Of a stretch of DNA of 64,000 nucleotides, positions 13,501 to 24,321 are shown one piece after another. The stretch is from contig CP000070.1 of assembly GCA_000002445.1 (NCBI GenBank), positions 960,001 through 1,024,000 of the forward strand. Reading direction: 5' to 3'. The translations under genes were made by a program, and so were the position numbers. This DNA is from Trypanosoma brucei (lineage: Eukaryota). Every line of letters starts with the position of its first letter. Positions within the stretch are counted from its first letter, which is position 1. Under the pieces are notes generated by a model. The model saw only the letters and a program-made list of their open reading frames with translations. It made no database searches and was not told the DNA's origin.

Positions 13501-16288
13501 GGCGAAATTCAAAAGGAAAAAAAACAGCAAAACGCACATTTTTTGTCCATTTTTATCAATCGCCTCCTCATATCATTTCCTCAAATTCTTTACAGCGTTT
13601 ATGCGTGCAGAATAGATAAAAATGAAGGGATCAAATATTGAAATTGAGGCGAAGTGGCAGAAAAAAAAAAGGAGGGGGAGAGTCGAGAAAAAAGAAAGAA
13701 AAAAACAAAAGAAGACTGAAAATTTTTTTTCTTTTTTAAACAAAAACCATGTACAAAAAGGAAAAAAGAAAACAACGCCAATAGCAAGCAAATTAATAAT
13801 GATAATAAGAACCGCCATTGCTGATATTATTATTATTATTATAACAGTAATAATAATAATAAGCTGCATAACAATTGAAGATGCGCCTTACAGCCACTCA
13901 TCTCTTACTTTTCATACACGCCACATTCCTCTTCCACTACTGTGCGGTGGTTTATTCCTCTTGTATTTCTCCTCACATCTTTTATTTATCTTATGTTTTC
14001 CTTTTTTTTTTTTTCGTCCTTGCTTCTCCTCCTTTTTCCCTTGCTTCAAGTCTTTTTTTTAAAAAAAAATTATTATTATTGTTATTATTTCCTCTAACGC
14101 TTTTTTCTCCTCTTTTCTCGACAAATGCAACAGCGAAAAAGACGACGATCATTACCAGAGCAACAACAATAATAATAATAATAATAACACCACAAATACA
14201 CGAAGTGTTTAAATACCAAAATGCAATAAATATTGTTGGGAAGGTCCAGAACCCTTTAACAAAAGAAAACAAAAAATCACCTTTACGTATAAATTTAAAC
14301 ATGCAAATGTACACGTATATAATTGCTTTCTTATTCTTTCTCATTTTATTCATTCACTCTTCCTCCAGTCCCCCTTTCTTCCCCAGCGTTGTGCAACACA
14401 TTAAACAAAAACAAAAGAAACAAAAAAAACAAAAAACAAAAATAAAACAGAAATAAAAGTGGCTGTAGAATCAGCTAATGTGAAGTTAAGCAAGCTGTAT
14501 TATAACGGATACGAAAGCAAGATAAAATAAGACAATCGGAGGGAAAGTGAGGCGAGGACAGAAAAAAACAAAAACAAAAACAAAAAGGAAAAGGAAATTA
14601 GGGGAGTTGCGCCGCATGTTTTGATTATTCCTTTTTTTTCTTAAAAAAAAAACTGAAAAAAATGCTTTGATTCCATTCATTTTCTTTCAGCAACGACCTC
14701 CAACTTCCACCATATTCCGGGCGACAGATGAAGTAAAAGAAAAAAAAAAGAAAGATGACAAATAATAAAGAAAAGAGGAAACCAGTGGAAGAGCATAAGA
14801 ATAATTACAATAAGTGTAGGAAAAAGAAACAAAAACAAAAACAAGAATAGCATCTTCCTTCCTTCCTTCTGTTTGCATTATTGGTGTTGTTCCCATTCGT
14901 GTCTCACCAATCGCACATAATTCATTTTATATTACACTATATCATATGTATATATGTATATACACCTATGTACTAAATTTAAATACGAACATGCATTCCT
15001 CCACATTTTTTATATTTTTTTTAAAAAAATTTTTACGGGCTCTGCTCATTTATTTCCTTCCTATTGTTCTTCTCGCTCGATTGCATCTTTCAAAAATATA
15101 GGGAACGCCATGCATTTCAACGTCAGCAAAAAAAAAATTCTTCTTTTCTTTCTCTTTGGCACCTGAAGACCCACTGAGATAACAAAGGAAAATAACTGCG
15201 ATGAACCAAGCAGATTAATGAAAAGAAAAAAAAAGGATCATAAAAAAATGATGATAATGACGGGAATAATGTTACTAATACTAATGATCGTGTCCACGCA
15301 AGGAGAAACGAAAAAAAAAAAATGGACAAGGGAACGGAAGAAAAGAAAAAGGAAAAGGTCAACGACGAAAAAAACTGGCAAAAAAGATAATGATGGTAAC
15401 AAAAAAAAACCGAGGGCACTGTTCACTTCTTCACAAGTAATGTGTACCAGCGCGTGATAATTTGGCGGAGAGGGGGGAGGAAAAAAAAAAATGATTTAAA
15501 GGGGGGAAAACAAAAAGCGACAACAAAAGCCACCCAAAACAAAAGCTTGGGGGAAGGGGGATTTGAACAAAACAAGCAAAGCAAAGGGGGAAAGACATAA
15601 AATCTGGTAGAATAGAAAGAAAAAAAAAGGAGAAAGGAAGACAAACAGAAGAACGCAGAGCTACGAAAGACAATGAGTCTGCGCACAGACAGAAGACGGC
15701 AGCGGGCACATAGTAAATAAACCAATGCAAAAACCCGCTTGTGCCTTTCCCACTGAGAGGGTCACCAGAAACGGCACACGAAAACATACGAAATGAGAGG
15801 AAGTACGACAAAAAGAACACATGAAACAAAGAAAAATGCCATAAACATGTGGGGGCCTTCCAGGACGCGGGGAGCAAACAAAGGGGAATACACGAAAGAA
15901 AATGGAGGAGAAAAAGGGCAAACGACTCCGGTAATCCAAAATGGTATGGTGTACGCTGCGCGTCACTCCTTTTCTTTTCTTTTCTCCACTCCAAACCCTT
16001 TTATTTCCATCATTCTCGCATTTACTTCGTCAGTTTCACTCCCCACGCACGGACACAAATATACACGCACACACCTCCCAGTCCTAAGGATAAATTGACG
16101 ATCATCATCTCACAATCCCTAACAAAGACGACGTTGGTGGTAAAAACAAAAGACGACAGCAACAACAGATACACCAACTCCATTAAACGGTGGTCATCTC
16201 CTTTCAAAGACAAGTCTTCCCTACACCATAAGTACTCACAGGTGGACACGAGCAGCCCGCCACTCCTCATTTTGCAACCAATGATGGT

Positions 16289-17311
16289 TTAGTTTGGGCT
16301 CATGAAGTTGGTGGTTCCGATCATCCGAGTCGTCGGGCTACTGAGAGCCGCGCCGCAAAGGCTGCCGGTGGTTGGGTCCGAAGCACCCAGGGGTGTAAAA
16401 AAGGACGAAACGCTGCCCTGAAGGATTCCGTCTCGCACCGGATTAAGAGGCATGTATGACTGAAAGCAAAGCGGCTCCATAGTCTTGGACGAAGGATGGT
16501 ACTGCTCGGGTTGAGTTGCTGAATTCGACTGTTGTACCCGCGGAATAGTCATCGCCGGAACTGGTTGGGTTGTCATGCTTAAGACGCTTAACTCCATGGG
16601 GCTGCTGCTTCCACAAGTTTTTATGTTGCCAGTAACGATGCCACCTGTGTCACCCTCACTAAGCACTACCGGCGGCTGTATTGTTGAGAGTGCCGGGGCC
16701 CAACTAGCTGGCACCGTTTGCACAAACTGCTGATTGCCTACGGGAGCCGCCATAATGCCGGGCGCTGCTTGTATCATATGCATACGACCTCTGTCCACAA
16801 GTGCGAATGTGGCAGGGTGATGCACTGTCGTTTCTTGCGGCCGCGCCATTGCTGTTAGTACGCTGTTTCTTGAGTCGAATGGGTGTACAATGGGGCAGGG
16901 GACAAGGCTCGAGGTAGTCAAGGAGATTTGCTCCACAGCACCATCGCCGAAGCACGGCCCGCTCACTTTGGGTGGAGCAGAGCCCGGTGGTGCTCTCGGC
17001 CCTGGCTGACGCACGGATGTTGAACCTGCTGCCTGTGAGTACTTCCTGGGCCCAGTGGCTTGCGTGACACGAAGACGCTTATTGTTAATCGAGTATCCAT
17101 TCATCCGCGACATCGCGTTCATCGCGGACTCTACAAACTTGTAACGAACGAATCCGTATCCTTTAGGGTGATTTCCGTTCTCGCGGTCGCATATGATACG
17201 AACAGAAACTAATGGTCCAAAAGGTCTAAACAGCTCCTCAAGGTCTTCCTCCGTCACAGGGGTTGGGATGTAATTAACAATGAGATTGCGCGGATCCTGG
17301 TGCGTTTCCAT
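16289..17311 (-). CDS. RNA-binding protein with a single N-terminal RRM and a Pro/Gln/Ala/Thr-rich C-terminus
   Basis: The RRM shows RNP2 (NLIVNYIP) and RNP1 (KGYGFVRY) within 'RNLIVNYIPTPVTEEDLEELFRPFGPLVSVRIICDRENGNHPKGYGFVRYKFVESAMNAMSRMNGYSINNKRLRV'. ATG verified at 17311. Confidence 0.85.
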   Translation of the reverse strand: METHQDPRNLIVNYIPTPVTEEDLEELFRPFGPLVSVRIICDRENGNHPKGYGFVRYKFVESAMNAMSRMNGYSINNKRLRVTQATGPRKYSQAAGSTSVRQPGPRAPPGSAPPKVSGPCFGDGAVEQISLTTSSLVPCPIVHPFDSRNSVLTAMARPQETTVHHPATFALVDRGRMHMIQAAPGIMAAPVGNQQFVQTVPASWAPALSTIQPPVVLSEGDTGGIVTGNIKTCGSSSPMELSVLSMTTQPVPAMTIPRVQQSNSATQPEQYHPSSKTMEPLCFQSYMPLNPVRDGILQGSVSSFFTPLGASDPTTGSLCGAALSSPTTRMIGTTNFMSPN

Positions 17312-18814
17312 TGTCCTGCTTGTGTGGCGGAGACGAGAACGTGCTTCGATCCGCTATTTCCTCGTTTTGACTGCTGCTGACGCCCTTTTATGGAATTAGT
17401 GCGCGCGATGAGTGTCCCACTTCTCTCCACACGGCACAAAAATCCCTTGATGTATAGCAGTTTAAGGGACCCAGAAAGACACTGCAACTGGGCTTGAATG
17501 TGCTGATGGACCTTACTTCTTTTCCCTCCTTTCTTCTCTACCGAATGTACAGATACAAATGACGGGAAGTATCCCCTTTCTATCTATGCTAACCGGTAGT
17601 TGTATCCCTTCGACAAGTCCCCACCTTTTCTCTCTTTGGTGTTGATTCTCCTCCCTTAGTCGTTGCAAACAACTTTAAGAGAAGAAAAACAGTAGACATG
17701 ATTGAAACGGATTGTTTAGAAAGGTAGCAAAGCGTTGGTGGAGTAGCGAATATCATGAAGGTGCAAAGGCAGAAAAGTGCGAGTTTAAGTTTATTTGGTT
17801 TCGTGTAAGAAGAAAATGGTGCAGTGGCCGCATCCCACAGCCATCTTTGGCAAATGACGACAGCAGGGTAGCAAATGAACGGCTTCGGAGAGGGGGGAAA
17901 TACAAAAAAAAAAAAGAAGCACTAAGAGAGTAAATTTTTTAAAAATCCCTAACGTAATCTCCTTCCCTCTCGTTCACCTCCAAGAAGAAAAATACAAAAG
18001 CTCCTCCCGCTTTCTTGCTGTCGTCGTTGGTTTCATTCCACAAACGACCTCACCGTCACCGAAGTATAATTCTTCTCTGACCTCACACTCCGGTTTTCTG
18101 AATCCTTTCTCATCTCTACACCTTCGGTGCTCCGTTTCTACGGTGAAGCCCCACACGAGACGGCACCCATGCCACAGTTTTCACCTACATTAACTTCTGC
18201 CACTTTGCTTGTGTGTGCGCTCAAAGGAATTGGTGGTAGACACAACTAAGAATTAGGGATAGGGTGAAGTGACTAAAATCTCTAATAACGTCGAAGATAA
18301 TAGCACCGTTTTAATATCAGGGTGGGGACTAGAGGGTGGAGAGTGGAGGGCGGCGGTGGTGGAAACACACGAAGAAGCACGGGAAACGAAAGAAACTGGA
18401 GGCATCTCCAAACCCCTCTGCTGCAGCGCACACTCGAAATCGCTCATTGCCAAGTCTTCGGTTGTTCATACATTTATAAAGCACCACTACCATAGGGCCG
18501 CCATTTCCCCCCAATTCTCAATGCGCTTATTTGCGTAGGTAGCACACGTGTATATATATTATAACAATGTATACATGTATGTATATGTGCACAAGTCATA
18601 CAGAGTGATTGCTCACGCGTGCAGCGAAAAGCATCTGCGCGCTCTAAACAACTGCTATTGTACATATGAAGCATCTTGAAAGCTGAAATTTCCCGCCCTC
18701 TTTACATAAAAGTCAGACCGTACCGAAACTTCATTCGACATCTACGAAAAGAGAGGATATCAGACAGCGTCAACCAGTAATTCCAAATAGAGAGTGAGCA
18801 ACTCCTCTCACACC

Positions 18815-21364
18815 CTATGCACTACTCGGTTTAACATCTTTGTTTGTATTATAAATAAGCGGAACATCCTGAACGTGTCCCATTATTTGATCAGGTGGGA
18901 GATTCTGCGGCAGGCGATTTACGAATGGTTGAAGTCTGCTTCCCAACGACCGCGGCCGCATCTTGTCGACAGGACGGTTGCAACCAAGGCAGCGGAAGCC
19001 CCTAAAACCCATCAGAACATCAGCAACACCGCCGCCGTCGTGCTCCTCACTCAAGATGCGCTGCATGTTGACAAGATCTTCCTTGCCTGCCTTGCCATCC
19101 AACATGTCGCGTAGTATATTGAGAGATTTGTCAAGTGTATCAATGAGGCTTGCGTTGGTGGTGTTGAGAACCTGCTCCACCTCACGCATCAACCTCTCCA
19201 GTGCGTTCTCAACGTAATCGCGCTCAGCCTTGTTGGCCACAAGCTGCGCATCCGCCTTGCAGCGGTCAATATGCTCCACATATTTACGCAGAGTGTCTAG
19301 TTCACCGCTAGTGCCGTCCCTGACGGCCTGTAGCATCTGCATTTGCTCCACTAGGTCCTTCTGTACATTTTGAATTTGTTCCTCCTGCTTCTGAGCTGTG
19401 GCAGCGGCTCCCTCGCTGCCACCCTTACTGCTCTCCATTTCCAAAAGCTGTCGCAAACCGCGAACGTCGTCAGCCAAACGCTGAAGCCCGGAGTAATCTG
19501 CCTTGCGATCGTCGAGGTTAAGTACGTTGCCTTCAACACTTACCAAACGGTTTTGCAACTGATTTAGACGTTTGGACAGGTCCTTCACACGCTCCTTTAC
19601 TTCCTCATCCCCCTTAAGGTCGGCTAATACTGGACTTCCATCCCCTGATTCCTGTCCCTGTTTGGACCCCAATTCTTTGTCAGCCTTCATTTGTCCCTCA
19701 TCACTCACACCTCCCCCAGTCTCCGGAGATGACTCCTGAGCGGCGCCCTTGTCTTGTTTTTTCCTCTCTAACGTAGCGCACAGCCTACCGAGCCCCTTGG
19801 CTTCCCCTTGCAACTTACGAATTGCCCCCCACACTTGCTCTAAGTCTCCCTTATCCACTCCTGACTCAAATTCTTTGGACTCTGCTAGCTCCTTTTCAAC
19901 GCCACTCGCGGGCTCCCCTACCGACTGAGGTGGGATGGGGGACGTCTCCTTCGCCTTCGGCTGGGAGTCAGTGGGAGTGATTTTCAGTAGTTTGTCATTC
20001 ATGCGCCGGAACGCCGCCTCAAGGTTATTGAGACGAGCTCTCAAATCCCTCACCTCCGTGTTTGCCGGTCTGTTTTGGGTAGAGGAAGATGATACAACAT
20101 CACCACCAGAACCGGTGACAATGCCAGTGGGACGGGCCTCAACAGCAGCTTCCGGAGCGGTGTCACCTTCCGCAACACCGCCAACGTCGCCATCACCGCT
20201 GTTGCGGAAAGAGCTTTCAGTACCTTCGTGTGGCGTAGTCCTCGCAACATCGTCCGTGGTGTCACCCAAGTATGGCATGCCACCCCCTTCAAGCGCACTA
20301 AGGCGTCTCTTAAGTTCCTCCAGCTCTTCTTCCACTCCCTCCAGGCGCGCAGATTGTACGGCATCAAGACCATCACCAGGCCCGACGGTGCGCATCAGGT
20401 CAACATCCTTCTGCAGTCCCTTCAACTCACTCAATATCTCCGCTACGACGCGATTGAGGCGACCTATACTCTCTTCATCTTGACGTACGCGCACGAAAAG
20501 TGATTCGGGATTGTTGGAATCCTCTGGGGACATCCCCCTCGTGAACGACACACCACTGATTGAGCTCCTTCCCTGACTCATCCGACGGCCTGACACTGGA
20601 CGTGTCACCCTTCCGGAGGGTTGTGCGAGGCTGGACTCACCCTGCTGCCCCAATTGGTCGGGCACCACATCCTCGGCGCGGTTGTCCGGTTGCATAGACT
20701 CCCCAGTTGGATCTTCCTCTTTTGGGGATATCCCATCAAGTTGAAGCTCTTCATTTGCGCGCTGCAGAATAACTTCACCAACCGCCACACCCTCAGTATC
20801 TCCTCCCTTTTGTTTCTCCTTCGTCACGAAATCGCCGTCGGTTCCACTGAGAGGTGATTGTTGCGTCGTGGAAACTTTCCTCCTGGCGTGGTAAAGCTGT
20901 TCAATGGAGGCGTTATTCATCGGTTCGCAGAAATTTCCCACCATCCTCTTTAGGTATTCGATTTCATCCCAAAGTGGCTGTAGGTTATCGGATTGCCCTC
21001 TGTCCTCGTATGGAGGTAACCACTCCGCTGGTGCTTGCTCCAATTTAGAGTCTTCTGCCTCAGTTTCCACCGTCTCCACCGTCGCCCCTTCGGGTTTTTG
21101 TGGTTGCTGCCGGTGGGCTCCCGGTGCCCGGGACAGAATGTTCTGTAACTGCGCCTCACGATCGGCGTCGCGCCTCCGCAACTCGTCCATTTCCATCCGC
21201 AGCAGGGTCAGTTCGTTGTCTTGTCTCTCATTTGCAGTTTCTGACTGCTTCAGCCGCTTAATGATATCCTCAAAAAGCAGCTGCAAGGGTTGAAATGACA
21301 TGGTGTAGCTGATGAGCTTTGACAGGTCAATTTCACAGCCCTCATCGCCAACAACGTACGACAT
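18815..21364 (-). CDS. Large coiled-coil protein (849 aa), hypothetical
   Basis: ATG verified at 21362-21364. There are extended heptad-like Glu/Leu/Arg/Lys-rich segments (ELTLLRMEMDELRRRD..., LEELKRRLSALEGG, LNNLEAAFRRMNDKL). The C-terminal region is Cys-containing (RCLGCNRP). No enzymatic motifs. Confidence 0.7.
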   Translation of the reverse strand: MSYVVGDEGCEIDLSKLISYTMSFQPLQLLFEDIIKRLKQSETANERQDNELTLLRMEMDELRRRDADREAQLQNILSRAPGAHRQQPQKPEGATVETVETEAEDSKLEQAPAEWLPPYEDRGQSDNLQPLWDEIEYLKRMVGNFCEPMNNASIEQLYHARRKVSTTQQSPLSGTDGDFVTKEKQKGGDTEGVAVGEVILQRANEELQLDGISPKEEDPTGESMQPDNRAEDVVPDQLGQQGESSLAQPSGRVTRPVSGRRMSQGRSSISGVSFTRGMSPEDSNNPESLFVRVRQDEESIGRLNRVVAEILSELKGLQKDVDLMRTVGPGDGLDAVQSARLEGVEEELEELKRRLSALEGGGMPYLGDTTDDVARTTPHEGTESSFRNSGDGDVGGVAEGDTAPEAAVEARPTGIVTGSGGDVVSSSSTQNRPANTEVRDLRARLNNLEAAFRRMNDKLLKITPTDSQPKAKETSPIPPQSVGEPASGVEKELAESKEFESGVDKGDLEQVWGAIRKLQGEAKGLGRLCATLERKKQDKGAAQESSPETGGGVSDEGQMKADKELGSKQGQESGDGSPVLADLKGDEEVKERVKDLSKRLNQLQNRLVSVEGNVLNLDDRKADYSGLQRLADDVRGLRQLLEMESSKGGSEGAAATAQKQEEQIQNVQKDLVEQMQMLQAVRDGTSGELDTLRKYVEHIDRCKADAQLVANKAERDYVENALERLMREVEQVLNTTNASLIDTLDKSLNILRDMLDGKAGKEDLVNMQRILSEEHDGGGVADVLMGFRGFRCLGCNRPVDKMRPRSLGSRLQPFVNRLPQNLPPDQIMGHVQDVPLIYNTNKDVKPSSA

Positions 21365-22008
21365 CTTGAACCTCTTCTTTCCAGCTCCCCTTTCCTACTT
21401 TTTTGACAGCTCTACTACTGCTCTTTTTTTTTTCTGTTTACTCCCTTCGTTTGTTGATCCTATCTATCTATTTTGTTGCGGGACCACACACGACAACAGT
21501 AAACTATTACTTTCACACTAGTCACAAACTCTCACACTCTTTCTGCTCTTCTTTCGTCTACCACCCCGTACTTTTCCGCTTTCCCAAGCCTTTTTGCTGC
21601 GTATGCAATGGCTTCCACACTGTGTTTCCTCACAACACTCTTACTGCTTACGTACTGGGACCACACCAATCCAAAACAATAGTAAGCAGCGAAGTATCAG
21701 CAAAAAAATAAATAAAACAGTGGATGAGAACGGAAATGACAAGAAAAATTACCCATTATATGATGCCAATGGAATGTTTGACGGTAGAAAATAAGATAGC
21801 ATAGCTAGCCATTTACCCATACAGGCACCATGAAACGGTGTCCTCTCAAGAAGGGGCGGGAAAGGGGGGAGTAACAGCACCCAATTCATCTCATGTCCTT
21901 CCCTCTCCTTCATCACAATGTGAATGCACCGATTCACATACAAATATCTTCCTGTGCACTTTTCCTTGCGAATTGCTTCGACCATACACTTTTGGTTGAA
22001 CCCCCTTT

Positions 22009-22605
22009 TCACTGTTGGCCCCATGGGACGCGCGCCGGTAGCAGTCGCCGCACATCCTCTCGCTCCGCCAACAGGTGTTCTTCCACAAACCGCCGCAAAG
22101 CCGGCATTACATTCGGGTTTTCAATCTTGAGTTCCTCACATGTCTCAAGCCACAGGAAGTTAGACGCATTTAGCTTCCCTTTGCTTGGTGTATCGTCAAT
22201 GAGAACAGTGTTCTGTGGCGTTGCTATTTCTGGAAATCGACGGTACACCTCACGCAGGTCCTTCACCGTGGCGTGTTGGTCATCTCGGCTCGTGGCGCTC
22301 ACACGTCGGAACTCATCAGCAGTCGTGTGTTCGCGGGACCAGACAAAAGCAAAGTTCACCTTTTGTGCATGTTGACTGAAAACAGCCTCCATCAGGGGAG
22401 TGGTATTGCGCGCGGTGGTGGAGCTCCACACGGCAAGGGTGCAGTGCTGCTGTAGGGCGAGGAGTGTCTCCATGGCACTGGGGCGAAGCCACACGCGACT
22501 CATCCCAACGGTTATGGCGCCCCCCGGCATGCCTGACGGAACGCGACTGGCATGTATACGCTCCAAAAGCGTCCCGCGCAGTCCAAAAACCAGCAATGGT
22601 CTCAT
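22009..22605 (-). CDS. NIF/FCP1-like (HAD superfamily) domain protein with degenerate catalytic motif (probable pseudophosphatase)
   Basis: The alignable NIF-domain blocks are LLVFGLRGTLLER (vs LVLDLDETLVHS), RPSAMETLLAL...LAVWSS (vs RPGVDEFL...IFTAS) and VLIDDTPSKGKLNASNFLWLE (vs VIIDNSP...NAIPI..W). The DxDxT nucleophile/acid pair is GLRGT here. The track start at 22659 is GTG; the first ATG is at 22605 (verified). Confidence 0.6.
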   Translation of the reverse strand: MRPLLVFGLRGTLLERIHASRVPSGMPGGAITVGMSRVWLRPSAMETLLALQQHCTLAVWSSTTARNTTPLMEAVFSQHAQKVNFAFVWSREHTTADEFRRVSATSRDDQHATVKDLREVYRRFPEIATPQNTVLIDDTPSKGKLNASNFLWLETCEELKIENPNVMPALRRFVEEHLLAEREDVRRLLPARVPWGQQ

Positions 22606-24321
22606 CGCAAGGAATACTATACGAACAACTGTGACCTGTATATCGATCGAAACACGCACCGAAATGAGTCTGTGTGATGCAAAACGAATTCGTTACTGTG
22701 ACTATTGTTGCTGCTGAAATTGTGTGAGGTGTTGGCAGCTACACAGTTGCCTCTCAGTCCGCCCTCCGTGCACGCCCACGTAGGCAAAAACGAAAACCTT
22801 CGTGCCTCACACGATCTACGCTAATTCTCCGCACGACTAGTGGGCGTGGAACAACAACTGACCGGATATATATATGTATATATATATTGTTTGGAGATAC
22901 GAAGAAACAACGGACAGCCCCTTTCTTCTTTTATGTCCGCTGAGTTCCGCTAGCACCACCGCCTCAGCTATTCTCCTTCCCCACCCAACACGCCAAGAAA
23001 CAGAACAAAAGACACGTTACTACTCCCCAGCTTAGCAGAAAGGGGTACGGAGAGAATATGGCTCCCACTTCACACAAACGCTGACACACGTATGCATTCA
23101 GATGGGGAAAAGCAGAGAGTGAAAGGGAGTACATAAACCATGCAAATGCACAAACAGAACGAAAACAAGCGAGGGAACAGGCGCAATTACGTGAACCTCC
23201 CCTCCCACTTAATGCTGAAGATTGTGAGGTGGTGCAGCAGTCGTTACGTGGTCTTACATGCACTCATACATATGAACAAGCGTGTATTTTCTTACTATGC
23301 AAACAAAGCGTGTTACACGTTAGTTTGTGAAGGCATAATTCACACAATCCGTCAGATGTGTTCCATAGTGAACAACCACCACACGGTCCTCTGTCTACAC
23401 AAGAATGCGACATCACCGTAACACCCGCAGCTTGCATGCATTAACGAATAAATACAGGAAACTAATAAATCAATTTTATCCCTTCCTCCTCGTCCGTTAT
23501 ACCTTTTCATCCGCTTCTCTTCCCTTCAAAACTTACTGTAAGATCATCTGGTTCCCTCTTTGGACCGTGATACCCCCTCCCACCTCAACCACCACCACCG
23601 TTATCTTTACAATTCCCTGCTGTTACTTTTATTATCATTATTATTGCTTCCTTACTGTTATATAGTTGGGAGGGGGAAGGGGAGAATCTTTCTTCGTAGA
23701 CCGTATCTCGAAACGCTCCTTCATGTGAAACCCGTCGCTCTCCATAGCTACTTTGTGTTTTGTTGTTCTTTACCTGCCACTGTTGCTACCCATTCTTTTC
23801 TCCTCCATCCTTTCTTCAATGTTCTCGCTACCATTCATTGTTATTGTTGCCCCAACTGCTATCAACATGACAGGCAATGAAAATACATATGCTTCAAAAT
23901 AGGGGGAAATGGAAGAACGAAAGAAGTCGACAAACGCTGTCGTCCGCTCATTCCTCGGACTATTTTTTTTTTCCACCCTCCGCCACTTCGTATGCACCGC
24001 GCACAAACGCAAACACAAGCCGATCCCTCCCCCCCCCCGTGCGGGAACAAATGAAGAGTGAGAAAAGCGAAATGGGGAGAAAAAAAAAAGAGACGGACAA
24101 CACACCGGAACAAGCGAGGCGCAAGGAAAAAAAAAAACGGAGCGGTGTGGAAGGAAGGAGGGCAGGACACAAGTCGAAAATAGAGAGGAAATTAAACAAC
24201 AATAAAGAGTGCGGCGCTCCCCACGCAGGCGACGGTCAGGGGGGAAAAATGTTGTCCAGGGCAATCAGAAAAATAAAAGGGCTGTACCCCGTCAGTGATT
24301 CATATAGGAAGAAGAGACATA

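Larger units (their letters stand above)
7802..16288. repeat. 8.5 kb gene-free, AT-rich low-complexity tract packed with microsatellites ((ATT)n, (TA)n, (CA)n, (CAAA)n, (GATAAT)n, homopolymer A/T runs)
   Basis: There is no ORF with non-repetitive translation on either strand. Every six-frame ORF here translates to F/L/K/I-rich low-complexity peptides. The tract lies between CDS 6383..7801 and the RRM-protein CDS 16289..17311, both on the minus strand. Confidence 0.8.

Noticed and set aside
22606-22659. Track-annotated N-terminal extensions (e.g. 22659, 25968, 27950, 30493, 47922, 50451 starts)
   Set aside because: Nucleotide inspection shows these 'M' starts are GTG/TTG codons (bacterial-style ORF calling). 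A eukaryotic CDS needs ATG, so the CDSs were trimmed to the first in-frame ATG.
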